Positions 38,652-49,190 of a DNA stretch of 64,000 bases are shown in pieces. Position 1 is the first letter of the stretch, and the number at the start of each line of letters is the position of its first letter. The notes beneath the pieces are model-generated. The model saw nothing but the letters and a program-made list of their open reading frames with translations. It did not search any database and was not told where the DNA came from. Location of the stretch: the NCBI GenBank assembly GCA_964106645.2, contig OZ067050.1; one strand, given 5' to 3'. The stretch comes from Podarcis pityusensis. Taxonomy: Eukaryota. The position numbers and the translations under genes were made by a program.

Positions 38652-38749
38652 GCGCCCGCCGCCTGCCGCAGCCAGCATCAGACTCCTCTGCCACCTCCTG
38701 GTACCTGCATGACTACAATGCCAACGCGGCCCCCTGGAAGCATGAGTAG
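38652..38749 (+). CDS. KCNC3: KCNC3 alternative C-terminal exon A (GARRLPQPASDSSATSWYLHDYNANAAPWKHE*; exon extends to 38772; ~608 aa isoform)
   Basis: First AG after a long pyrimidine tract (catag|GC), in phase 1. DYNANAAPW resembles the human Kv3.3 tail DLNANAAAW. Donor TG|GTGAGT at 38773. Confidence 0.8.
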
Positions 38750-39202
38750 GATGCCTGGAATGCAGGGAATTGGTGAGTAGGCTCCCCACATCACCCCACT
38801 CCCCACCCCATTACTCACTCTTGCAATTTAGTCCTCCTTGTCGCTTTCCTTCCCTGCAAAACTCGCCACCATTGACCACTTTGAAGCTCCCCTCCTCCAG
38901 CACCTAGAGTTACCAGCTGCATTTCTGGTAGGGCTCAGATGAAGAATAAACCGGTTGAAGCGAGGAACCAAAATGTTCCACCCATAGTTGCATGGACAGG
39001 AAAGCAAAAATGAAAAAATGCCAAGAAAGAAACGGAAGCAGCCATTTTGGGGCTCGTTGGATCCTGCTGGATCACTACTAACCTACATAGCATCTAGCTG
39101 GATCCTCAGGATTTCCCTAGAGGAAGAGGACTGGGCTTTATTGGTTCTCCCTGGTGTGGTGGGCATAGTAATGTCAAAATAAGGCCTCTAAAATAAATAA
39201 AA

Positions 39203-39213
39203 AGATAGATGGT

Positions 39214-39252
<39 letters not shown>

Positions 39253-39270
39253 GATAGATGATAGATAGAT
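39203..39270. repeat. (GATA)n microsatellite
   Basis: Direct reading. Confidence 0.95.
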
Positions 39271-39980
39271 TTGCACATTTATATAGGTTGCAGGTTTCAA
39301 CCCCCCCCCCCCCCGTTAGAGTTGCTGCATTGAAGTTATCTTGGCACAGAATGCTGCTCTCCATTTTTACTGCAGACTACACATAACACTGAGTCTCTGA
39401 GGCAATTCCACCAATGTTACCTGTAGGGCTTAGGGTTTAAGGGAAGCCCTGTTAGATCTTCCCAAATATGGTTTTCCTTCTTCTTTTTCTTCTGCTACTG
39501 CTGCCATTCAGCTGTTCCTTCTGAAGGAGTTCCAGGTGGTCATTCAACACCATCAAAAACGGATTAGAATTCTAGTCAACAGTTTCTAAGCTGCTGATCC
39601 TCTTTTGTCTGTCCTGGTCCTGAATCAACAGCCAATTTCACTGAACGATTTCCAAACTCCAGTATTAGGAAAGAAACTTCTCACATGGCCTGACTTTGGT
39701 ACCTGGCATAGGGCAGAGGCAACTGGCTGGTTCTGCCCCCAGCACCCCCTTCACTTTGGCTCCTGGCAGTGGCACTAGCCTCGTATACCATGCTCACTCG
39801 CTGACTGGCATAACTGACGGCAGGAGTGCTGCTGGGGAAGTGAGTGAGGACATACGAGGGGACGCCCCTTTAGCTCTTGTTGCCTTATAAGTGCACATGC
39901 TGGTGAACACCGTGGAGAGGAGGTGGACCACCCACCCGCCTCTCTCTGGCACTTGCTTGCAGGGGTGTTACACCCTTGGG

Positions 39981-40116
39981 CAGGCATAGGCAAACTCCAG
40001 CCCTCCAGATGTTTGGGACTACAATTCCCATAATCCCTGATCACTGGTCCTGTTAGCTAGGGATGGTGGGAATTGTAGTCCCAAACATCTGGAGGGCCGG
40101 AGTTTGCCTATGCCTG
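39981..40116. mobile_element. Palindromic non-autonomous hAT MITE (136 bp), young
   Basis: TIRs CAGGCATAGGCAAACT / AGTTTGCCTATGCCTG; ~58-bp arms with ~3 mismatches; 8-bp TSD CCCTTGGG / CTCTTGGG. Confidence 0.85.
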
Positions 40117-40187
40117 CTCTTGGGCTTACCTGTTGGTGACATAACGAGCCACTGTCATCAGGCAAACCTGTTCACATGCATGCACAA

Positions 40188-40260
40188 ATCACAGAATCAT
40201 AGAACTGTAGAGTTGGAAGGGACCCTGAGGGACATCTAGTCCAGCCCCCTGCAATGCAGT
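40188..40260 (-). mobile_element. CR1-type 3' end fragment
   Basis: ATCACAGAATCATAGAA..GAGTTGGAAGGGACC..CATCTAGTCCA. Confidence 0.7.
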
Positions 40261-41389
40261 ACTCTCAAGTGAGGGTAGGCACTAGAAGGCATTAAGAAGA
40301 GCCTGCTCAGGCAGCCCCTAAAACCTGGATCCAGCCCCACTTCTCTTGAACCACTTTTTCCACCCCATGCATCAATTTATAAACCCGTATTACTTCAAAT
40401 TTCCATGGAAGGAGGGAGGGCTCTGCCTGTGTGATTTGTGCAAAGCTATTTAGTCCTGCCTTTCTCAAAATCCAAAATGACATGGTGATTGGAATGAACT
40501 GAAACCTGTCCTTGAACAGACACTGCACACAGTTCCCCAGAGGCCCTGCATATGTCTGAAATGCATTTAGCATACAGTTGCACAAAAAACACCCCCTTCA
40601 CTGAGCTGTGAGAAATTCTGGAGGCAGCTCCAGTGGGCTTAATTTCCTTTGGATAGGAAAGCACTGGTAGAGATTCACTAAGAGTGCCTTGGTAATATTT
40701 GTTTGACAAATATACCAGCAGAATATAAGTGGAAGCGAGCAGGCACTGCTACAGGGAGAGAGCATCTTGGGCAACCCCCAGGCTCCATCACTCATTTCAA
40801 TGAACTCCACATAAAAACCCTTTGCTCTGAGCCTTCTGGACTGCTACTTTGTGGTCGCTCGCTCTTTTTACACACATACACACAAACAGCAGTCCCACTG
40901 TTCACCAGAAAAAGCATTACTTTCTCCAAGTTCTGATAGGTATCTCAGGGCGCTTCCAGACTCTCACCATTTTGGGGTAGGATTCAGTCACAAACTGGCA
41001 AATTCAGGCTGTGCAATTATAGTTGATTGGGAAGTCTTGTACAACCAACCTGCTGCCCCACCCCGCCCACCCCCAAAAACGGAAAGTGACAGAAACTGGA
41101 AACTTAGGGATAACACTTGCTTGACACAGCACTATCTATTCTCCCCACAAACAAATCAGGGGGAATGTGCTGATAGCATCTAATCTCTCAAAAAACAAAT
41201 CAGAATAAATGCTCATTAAACAGGTAGTGTAGAAGTGACCTTGTTCAAAGGACCAGAGAAATTCCTCTCCTATCTAGTGGCCTTCTCCTGACTAGTAGCG
41301 TCTGTTGATCAGCCAGCCATTGACCAGTCGTCCTAGACTATTAATGAGAAGTACATTACAATGAAATGCTGATAGGTTGGCGGACCCTG

Positions 41390-41475
41390 TCATAGTATTG
41401 TAGAGTTGGAAGGGACTCCAAGAGTCATCTAGACCCCTAGATCCTTTTCACATGTACTACTGGCAAGCCAGGTCT
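41390..41475 (-). mobile_element. CR1-type fragment
   Basis: TCATAGTATTGTAGAGTTGGAAGGGAC..GTCATCTAG. Confidence 0.55.
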
Positions 41476-42317
41476 ATTATTTTTAAAATCACAAATCAAG
41501 CTTAACAAAGTAAAAAAACAAAAAACGAAGAGCCCCTACCCCAAGGAGCTTACAATCTCAATTTTGACAGTGAGAAGGACAAAGGGGAAAGGCAAGGCAA
41601 GAAAATATGAATGCGAGTATATGCAGTTATGTGTTCTTAGTCCCGCCACTCAATGGGAACATTCTGTATAAGTGTGTACCGGACTGCAGCTTAAGTTTCA
41701 GGTAGGGATGAGGTCCCTAAACCAGGCCCATCATGAAACAGCTCTGAATTCTGTTTGCTTTGAGGGGGGAGCTCTATATTTCTACCCCTTTCCCCACCTT
41801 TCATAACTATAGGCACTCAGCTGTCTTTACAACCCACCCACCCCGGTATCCCATGTGCTTGTGGCTTATTTCATATTATCTGTTTTCATTTTCAGGGCAA
41901 ATATTGCGCCTGTCCACAGAAGGGAACACGATTGGGGGGCCCCATAGCTCTGGATTTGAGGATGCCCATAGAGACACAACAGGGTGGGGATGAGTGCAGG
42001 AGCTGTACTCCACAGCACACACACACACACAGAGTAAATAATCATGCTCAGAAGATGAAACTGAGAAATGGGTGTTGCTGGAGGAGTCAGCAGGGATGGT
42101 GAGGAAGGGGGATGGGGGGAATGAAATGGGAGTGTGGGCTTGATTTGGTGTAAGGCTAGAAGCATAAAAGGAAATAGGGATAGGTTAGCACAAAGGATAA
42201 GTATATTTGAACTGCACAAGGATTTATTAAGATGCTGGGCTCCCCTCGTGTTCTCCCCAAAGATGGGCTGCACCAATATTTGATTCCAATTAATGCCCCA
42301 TTTCATACGTCTTGTAG

Positions 42318-42355
42318 GGTCCACCCTGTATTCTCGTAACGCCCCGACCGCGTGA
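42318..42355 (+). CDS. KCNC3: Candidate KCNC3 alternative 43-nt C-terminal cassette exon (GSTLYSRNAPTA*; exon 42318-42360)
   Basis: Acceptor cttgtag|GG and donor CAG|GTACGT. Phase-1 frame is open to TGA at 42353-42355. Local CpG cluster in a CpG-poor intron. No transcript evidence. Confidence 0.5.
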
Positions 42356-42567
42356 GCCAGGTACGTAACTCGCTCCACACACCTTAGCCTGCTTGTTTTT
42401 TGCACCCAGGGGGAATATATTCCATTTTTCACAGGGAGCCGTTTGGATGAGGCTGACACCTCTTGCAGCCTCACCCCAGCGTCCAATGCATGGGGGTGGG
42501 GTGGGAAAGTGGAGGAGAGCATCAGAAAGAATGCCTTCTTACACCAGACTTGTGAAAAAGACCATTC

Positions 42568-42845
42568 TAGGGTCTCCATACGTCCGGAATTTCCCAGACA
42601 TATCCGGAATGCTGCAGTTGGAAGCAGTGTCCGGGCATAATCTGCTAAAAAAAAATATGTCCAGGAAAATCCGGACGTATGGCAACCTGTGTTGGCACAA
42701 TGTTGTTTTTTGGTGATTTTCCTTAAAAATAGCTCAAAAACATACTTTCTTTTGCGAATTTGCCAAAAGAAAATTATTCAAAAATAAAAATAAATAAATA
42801 AAGCACAACAACCGGATGTTCACTGTTTGAAATATGGCAACCCTA
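42568..42845. mobile_element. Non-autonomous hAT (Tip100-like) element, same family as 54344-54546, opposite orientation
   Basis: TAGGGTCTCCATACG ... GAAATATGGCAACCCTA, with an internal TIR copy CGTATGGCAACC. No TSD evident. Confidence 0.65.
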
Positions 42846-43895
42846 GTTGTTTGCCTGTCTAATCTCCTTTTGTTATCCATCTGTGGTGTTAAAGAAACAA
42901 AGGCATCAATTTAGGTGAAGGTTGTATGCATGGTTGCTTGGATGCAGTTCTTAACTCACCCCAGATGACAAGGTGAATGACTAATTCTGCCTGCCCTTGA
43001 GGTTTCCTAGGATTAGCTACACACTCCCCCATCCCCAGCACCTTGGCCCTTCCTAAACTGCTGTCCAATGGGTCTGGTGCCAAAAAGCCACTATTTCAAA
43101 TCCTGTGGGTGCACTCCTCTCCCTATCTGTAGACAATCTCTACTATCCTGTTTCCTGGTGCAGAGTGCCATGCATATGGAATTGAAACCTATGTGCAAAA
43201 TCCTATTTAAAAGTGTGAAGGAGATAAAGGTGCACCTTTGTTGTGGTTGTAAAATCTAAGTGTGTGTGTGTGTAAGTGCAGAAGAGGTAAGTGTGAAACT
43301 GGGCACCTGGTGAACACGTTCAAAAAGTGCTGCATGCCAGGGAAGCTCTGCTCTCCATCTGCACATGCAAAACCTGGATAAGCAAATGAAAGGAAATGTG
43401 ACAAACACAATCAAAGTGTTTGCACATCTGCATTTGTACCTGTTTGCAGGTGAAGCTTTTTCTGCTCTTGCAAAATGGGCTAAATGTGCAACTTGCTGCT
43501 GGGTTGCACATGGTTATGAAGACTTGCATGTGCAAATAGAAGAGATAAGCTCCGTGTCTCTGAAGTTTTGTTTCACAGAAGTGACTTCTACGTAGGAAAC
43601 ATCTGTGAAGCAATCCTCAGAATGTGCAAATTTGACTCTCATGCAAGTGCTGCCTGTGCCATTGAAAATGCACCTGGCAGCGTGAGGAATGTGCACTTTT
43701 GCACATGCCGTTTTTCTCCCCCTCCTCATTCCCGTTGTGTGCATCAGTAAGCGTGCATCAGTTCCTTGCAAAATTAACCCCCTTTCTCATGCACACAAAG
43801 GAAGTGAACATTGCTCTTTGCCGCTTGCACAACCTGTCCTGCTTAGCATTTTCAGCGCGGTGTGATCAGGTCTCCGTATCTTTCTCTGTCTCCAG

Positions 43896-43912
43896 CTCTG
43901 ATTACCGCCTGA
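43896..43912 (+). CDS. KCNC3: KCNC3 alternative 60-nt C-terminal exon (ALITA*; exon 43896-43955; ~581 aa isoform)
   Basis: Acceptor tttctctgtctccag|CT and donor CAG|GTCAGC. Phase-1 reading is A-L-I-T-A-stop. I recall a mammalian KCNC3 isoform ending ..RKALVTA* (unverified). Confidence 0.65.
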
Positions 43913-44706
43913 GACTGGCTGGGCATGTGAACTCCAGCGCCCCCCCCGGAGGCAGGTCAGCCCTGCTCAATGCTTTCAATCCAATCTCAGCGTGTTGTCA
44001 CTTCTGCTCCTGGGGTGGGCTGCCTGGCAGATGGGAATCCTCAGGGCATCACACTGTGCAATAAGGTCCTTTTTCTCCACCCTGATCAGAGCTGAGTTGG
44101 GAGCACTTGTTCATGCAGGGATCCTTTGTGTAGTGGTGTTGAGATGCAGCTGTCTCCATGGTGGAGCAGCTCTTCCACATGCAGGTAAGCCTCACTGTAA
44201 GGCTTTCATGGGCAGAGAAACTGGGCCTTGCTTTGCAGTAGGTTTAGTGTGATACCCTGAAGAGAAGGCTGGCATCTCTGTATTGCATACTTTAAACATC
44301 TAGTAACATGCTAGTCTGGTAAACAGAGCATGCTGTATAGACACTGCTTATCTGCATGCATGCATAACATAACACATTACATGGCATGTAGTATGCCACA
44401 GGCGTATGTGGTGGCATGTTTTCCATGTGCATGTTATGCAGCATAGTTTCTAAGACATCCTACTCCAACATACAGTGTGCTGCAGAAGTGCACAGCACAT
44501 ATATTGACATGCCACAGACACACAGGGTCACAGGTAGTGTGCTGTAAACGTGGTACATGAAGTTTCACCGTATTCATAAATATGCATACACACCGTTTAT
44601 AACCGTGCTACGTACACAGTACATGCTTGCATTTGTGGTTCATGTGTTAACACACTAGCAACACATACTACGTGCATTCTGATAAGCAGGTCCACACACC
44701 CTACGA

Positions 44707-44843
44707 CAGGCTTCCACAGCCCAGTGCACTCTAGATGCTGTTGGACTACATTTCCCATCATGCTTCACCACTGGCCATGCTGGCTGAGCTATTGGGAGTT
44801 GTAGGCCAGCAGCATCTGGAAGGCACCAGATTGGGGAAGGCTG
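44707..44843. mobile_element. Older related hAT MITE copy
   Basis: CTAGATGCTGTTGGACTACA..TGGGAGTTGTAGGCCAGCAGCATCTGG, internally palindromic. Confidence 0.65.
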
Positions 44844-46724
44844 CACTGTGATACATGCTTGGCCACGGGCAGAATATGCAACCCCCGTTGATGTCATTTT
44901 TGCATACTGCTCCATCAGACATTCTGATTAAATGCATACTATTAATATCCGTACACATATCTGCTCTAGTTCACAGTCTGCATCGTACCCAGTACCATAT
45001 TGTTCCAACACATACATTTTATACATAGTTCATGCTACCAACATAACGCAGTCTGTTGTGACCTCCAAACCCATGCATACATATGTGATTACATGTTATT
45101 CAGCTCCGAGGTGTCCTTTATTATGTACTCCGATGGCAGATCAGTGACATGTAAGTATCTATTTATATCTTTATTTGTTTTTGTGTATATAGGCTTTTCT
45201 TAGAGAGGCTCCAGCTGTGTGTTGTCTGCACTGTAAACTGCAGTCCCTTCCCTTGGAAGCTGCTGTGACTGAACACACCACATGTAGTGATCACCTTCTG
45301 CCCCTAGGTGCCACATAGGATGCCACGAGGGCACTTACCTGTCCCCTTTCCACACATAATATGCTAAGCAACTATGTTACAGTTCAAAACAGGCTCAATT
45401 CCCATGCATCTCGTCCCCCTGGCCTGTTTTAAGAGGAATGCAAGCACGGTGTACATGTTTTTGCTTGTGTTGCATGCCTAGCTTTGTGGGGAACCTATCT
45501 GTGAGCATGTAATGGGGGGCAGTGAGGATTTCTGCTTCCTAGGGAAACAGAGGAGAGATGTAGGAAAGGATATAGGGTGGAGCAGCAGGAAGCCAGGCTA
45601 GGATTCTCCAGAGAATGAAAAGCATATAGTCAGTTCCCCACAGTACAAGATCAGCTTATATGAAAGACTATTTGCTACTTTTTTTTCTAATTATGTTTAC
45701 AAAAAACCTACCACAATCTTTAAATGGCAATCATGTAAGCCAAGCCAGTATTATTATTGGCAATGCTAATTTCAGGAGGGGTTTTTTTTGAGGGGGGAGC
45801 AGTCCCTTGGGCAAGACATTCTCAGTGCTCCCATCAGCCAAACAGGCCCACTTTGTTCTGCTTGCCACTGTTCCCACTGCCTATTTCCTGGCCTCTCCCT
45901 CTGTGCCCAATTCACAGCACTTTCCAGAGGGAAAGGGCAAAACATGCAGAGGTTACTGCAGAGGCATGTAGAGGTTCTCCTCACCCATATAAGGTAGATG
46001 AACAGGCTGCATCAACAGCAGAGAGGAGGAGCAGTCAGGCTAGGAGGTTCTGAGAGTCAACAGTGGCAACCCTTGACAGCAGCCCTAATTATTACGGAAA
46101 AGTTTAACCTTTTCCTGCTTTGCTGTGGTCTTGACAAAAAGTGTTCCTTTGAAGCTGCTCTTTGCAGGAAGAAGAAACTGGGGCAAATGGGAGATTTCTT
46201 CACAGTGCGGTACAGTCCCAGTTTCAGAGGCAGGATTCCCCCTCCCTCCACAGCTGCTGCGGTTCTAAACATGATCAGCTCCCTCCAGCTGATGCTAAGA
46301 GTTTTGTTTTGTTTTTAAAGGCTGAATGTTAAATGCAAAGAGGCATCCATTTAAGGTCACGTCTCGTTTGGCCCTCAGCAAGTTCAGTTTCAGCTAACAG
46401 CTCATGCTCTTCAAGACTGAGGCCACAGAGCTTCCAGTTAAGGAATGCTTTGGCTTAGAATTATAATTGTGGGATAATGTTTCCAAGTTCAACATGGAAG
46501 ATCGAGCCTGAGACTGGTTGTAGAAGGTAACATTGATTTGGGAGATGGTCAAGAATGGTGGTATGACACACAGGCAGGCACAGGCTGACTGACAGCCCAA
46601 GGAACCCAAACCAGGGTTGGCAGCTTTGCACAGCTTTCTGGGATATTTTGTCCGCATGTGGCATCTGAAGCTTGCTGAGCTGATAGCTACAACCCTGCCC
46701 TCTAGCAATCTAGAGCAGCAGCAC

Positions 46725-46870
46725 TGGGGAAGGGTTATAGTTCAGTGATAGAGCACAAGCATTGTGTGCAGAACATCCCAGATTCAATTCCTTTAATTTT
46801 CAGGTGGCAAGTCTGATAAAGACTTCGGCCTGAAACCTTGGAGAACTAATGGCAATTAGAGTAAGACAGT
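46725..46870 (+). mobile_element. Old tRNA-derived squamate SINE
   Basis: ATAGTTCAGTGATAGAGCA..TCCCAGATTCAATTCC..GCCTGAAACCTTGGAGA. Confidence 0.5.
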
Positions 46871-47357
46871 GGCTATGTTTGAACATCAGCCAGTGGCTCC
46901 ATAAACCTTCATAAATTTGGCTTAATGTCATTTAACAAGCTGGGATCTGCTCAGCCAAAATTATCTTGGTTTGTTAATCAGCATCAAGACTAGAGTTCCT
47001 TGCTTCAGACCTAACAGGGAACTTTTGGTAAAAGCAAAATCTTTGCCAAATCCCAGGGCATGAAGGAAAGGTCGAAGGAGAAGCACCAGGCCACAGTGCG
47101 CAGCCACAGCTTCATTGAATGTATGAAGCCATCAACAAATCTCCAGATGTGGCCAGTGCTGAGCTAAGAGGACCAAGAATCTAGTATATCAGGCATATGA
47201 AGTGTAGCAGAGGGCAGCTCCCTCCTCTAGCATGCTGCTATGGTTGCTAGTGCCAGAGTCCCTACTGTGAGAGAGTCAGGGCCTTAACTTGACCTGTGTT
47301 CCTCTTCCCCCGTTCACCCCTTTCACTTCTCTCCTTTCCCCACAGCGCTTCCAACAG

Positions 47358-47479
47358 GCTATGAGAAGTCCCACAGCCTGAACAGCATTGCTGGACTGCG
47401 CCTGTCTCCGGCGCCCACTCCTTTCGGCTCGCCTGGTTCCGTCCGACGTCCCCGCTCGCCCATCCCTTCCATCCTATAG
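47358..47479 (+). CDS. KCNC3: KCNC3 C-terminal exon ([40 protein letters not shown]; ~616 aa isoform; alternative acceptor at 47346 adds ALPT)
   Basis: Long pyrimidine tract, then cacag|CGCTTCCAACAG|GC, both phase 1. Clearly homologous to the GYEKSRSL...PSIL tails of Kv3.2b and rodent Kv3.3. Not in the ORF track. Confidence 0.88.
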
Positions 47480-49190
47480 AGACGCACCAGGGATGCTTGG
47501 GGTTAGCTTGTATGTTCGTTTATTTTTTAAAAAAATATATAGAGAAGAAAAAGAAAAAAAATAAGGTAATGCCAAAAAAAAAAGGAAAAAGAAAACAAAG
47601 GCGGTCAAATGCATTGGAACAAGTAAAACACAGGAGGCATCTCACAGGTGATGTTGCACTAAAGTTTGCACTTTCTGGAGTGTCCATGAGAATCCCGAGG
47701 CCTGAAGCCTTCTGTTCCCGTGGCTATGGATCAAGAGTGGGGCTTAAATAATTTACCGGCGGGAGGGTGAATGCGGGGGGCTGGCTTGCTCAGAAAATCC
47801 AAATACTCCGAAGAGGAGGAGGTCACTGAGAGATGGACACTGCAGGAAAGGGGCTCTGGCCCTCCTCTCTGGGTTGCCTGCATTTCTCCCCCTCTTCAAC
47901 CTCACTAGAGTGCACGATTTTTCTCTGGCCCTGGCTTTGCGCTTTATTTCTCTCCCTTTAGTGCTCTTCCCCTTTTCATCATCTTACTCAGGACTGCAAT
48001 GAGCCATAGAGCTTAGTGACAAACTTCCTTGGACTTCTCTCTCTCTCTCTCTCTCTCTCTCTAACACTGTAATCTGTTTTCAGTCTACCAATCTCCATAA
48101 AACATATTTCCAAGTGTCAAAACTATCCACACTTTAGATATCCACCCAGTCTTTCTCTCTCTCTGTCTCTTTCTCTCTCTCTTCTTCCTTACTTACTGAG
48201 CAATTCTGATTCTTTGAACACATGGACACTCCACCGTCTCCCTGGAGAAGGCCACCCCACCCATCTGCCTTTGGCCTTCTATTATCTTTCCTTGGAATTG
48301 TTCTCTTTTGTGCATGGATCTTCCATCAATCACAAGCAATAAGGTCAAGTGCTCCCTTCTGCCTGATGCATGATAATGACTTTCCTATGATGTAGATATT
48401 CCAAGAACACTCAAGTTCCTACAGATGAAGGAGCTGAGGGCAGGCATGGAAACCAGAATGTGGTTGGGGAGCAGGAAATTCCAGGATTTGACTGGGTCTG
48501 AAGGAGAAAGCTTAAGAGACCCAGCCTTCTTCCTTCACGTCTCCCCGCCCCACTTCTCTTCTGTTCCTTTTTTCGTTTTCCGCACACAGAAAAGAAAACG
48601 GTAATGGAGCACTCCTTGTTATGGTGAGTGCTTTCACTGTGATTTTTTTCCTGATTCCATCCGAAGCTGGGATGGAGTGGCGCTTTGATCTGATTGCAAA
48701 AAAAAAAAAAAGGAGCGGGGAGAAATAAAGACTCAACAACAACAAAAATGAAATGCAGGAAAACAAAAATAAACCTATTTTTCAGCAGATATATATATAT
48801 ATATAGAACAACAGGATCAGAACATTTGTTGGCGACCATGTGTGGGGAAATATTTCACCTGTAAGCTTCTCCTGGAGCAACAGAATATGGGGACACATTA
48901 TTTAGCAGCAGAGTACGGGACATATTATTTTTCAAAGCAATGCTGCTGAGACAGACAAAATAAAAGCTTAAGGAATAGTGTCGCCGAGCTAAACTATTTA
49001 GAATCTGCATTTTCCAAGCCAGCATGTATTTGCATGTGATACTGTAAGCGACAATATTTAATGTTATATGCAAAAACAAAAGAAAAAAACAACAACACAA
49101 AAAAAGAACAACTACAACAAGAGAGAGAGGTATACTTTCCTTCTGGACTTGCAATGCCCTGCAACAATAAAAATCACCAAATTTAGCCAG
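47480..49190 (+). other. KCNC3: Probable 3' UTR following the GYEK..PSIL exon
   Basis: Follows TAG at 47477-47479. Repeat-poor with A-rich tracts; AATAAA near 48724, 48768, 48959 and 49166. True end unknown. Confidence 0.5.
48036..48062. repeat. (CT)n microsatellite in the putative 3' UTR
   Basis: Direct reading. Confidence 0.9.

Noticed and set aside
41866-42579. 237-aa minus-strand ORF
   Set aside because: No recognisable domain; crosses a (CA)n repeat and starts within a hAT end.
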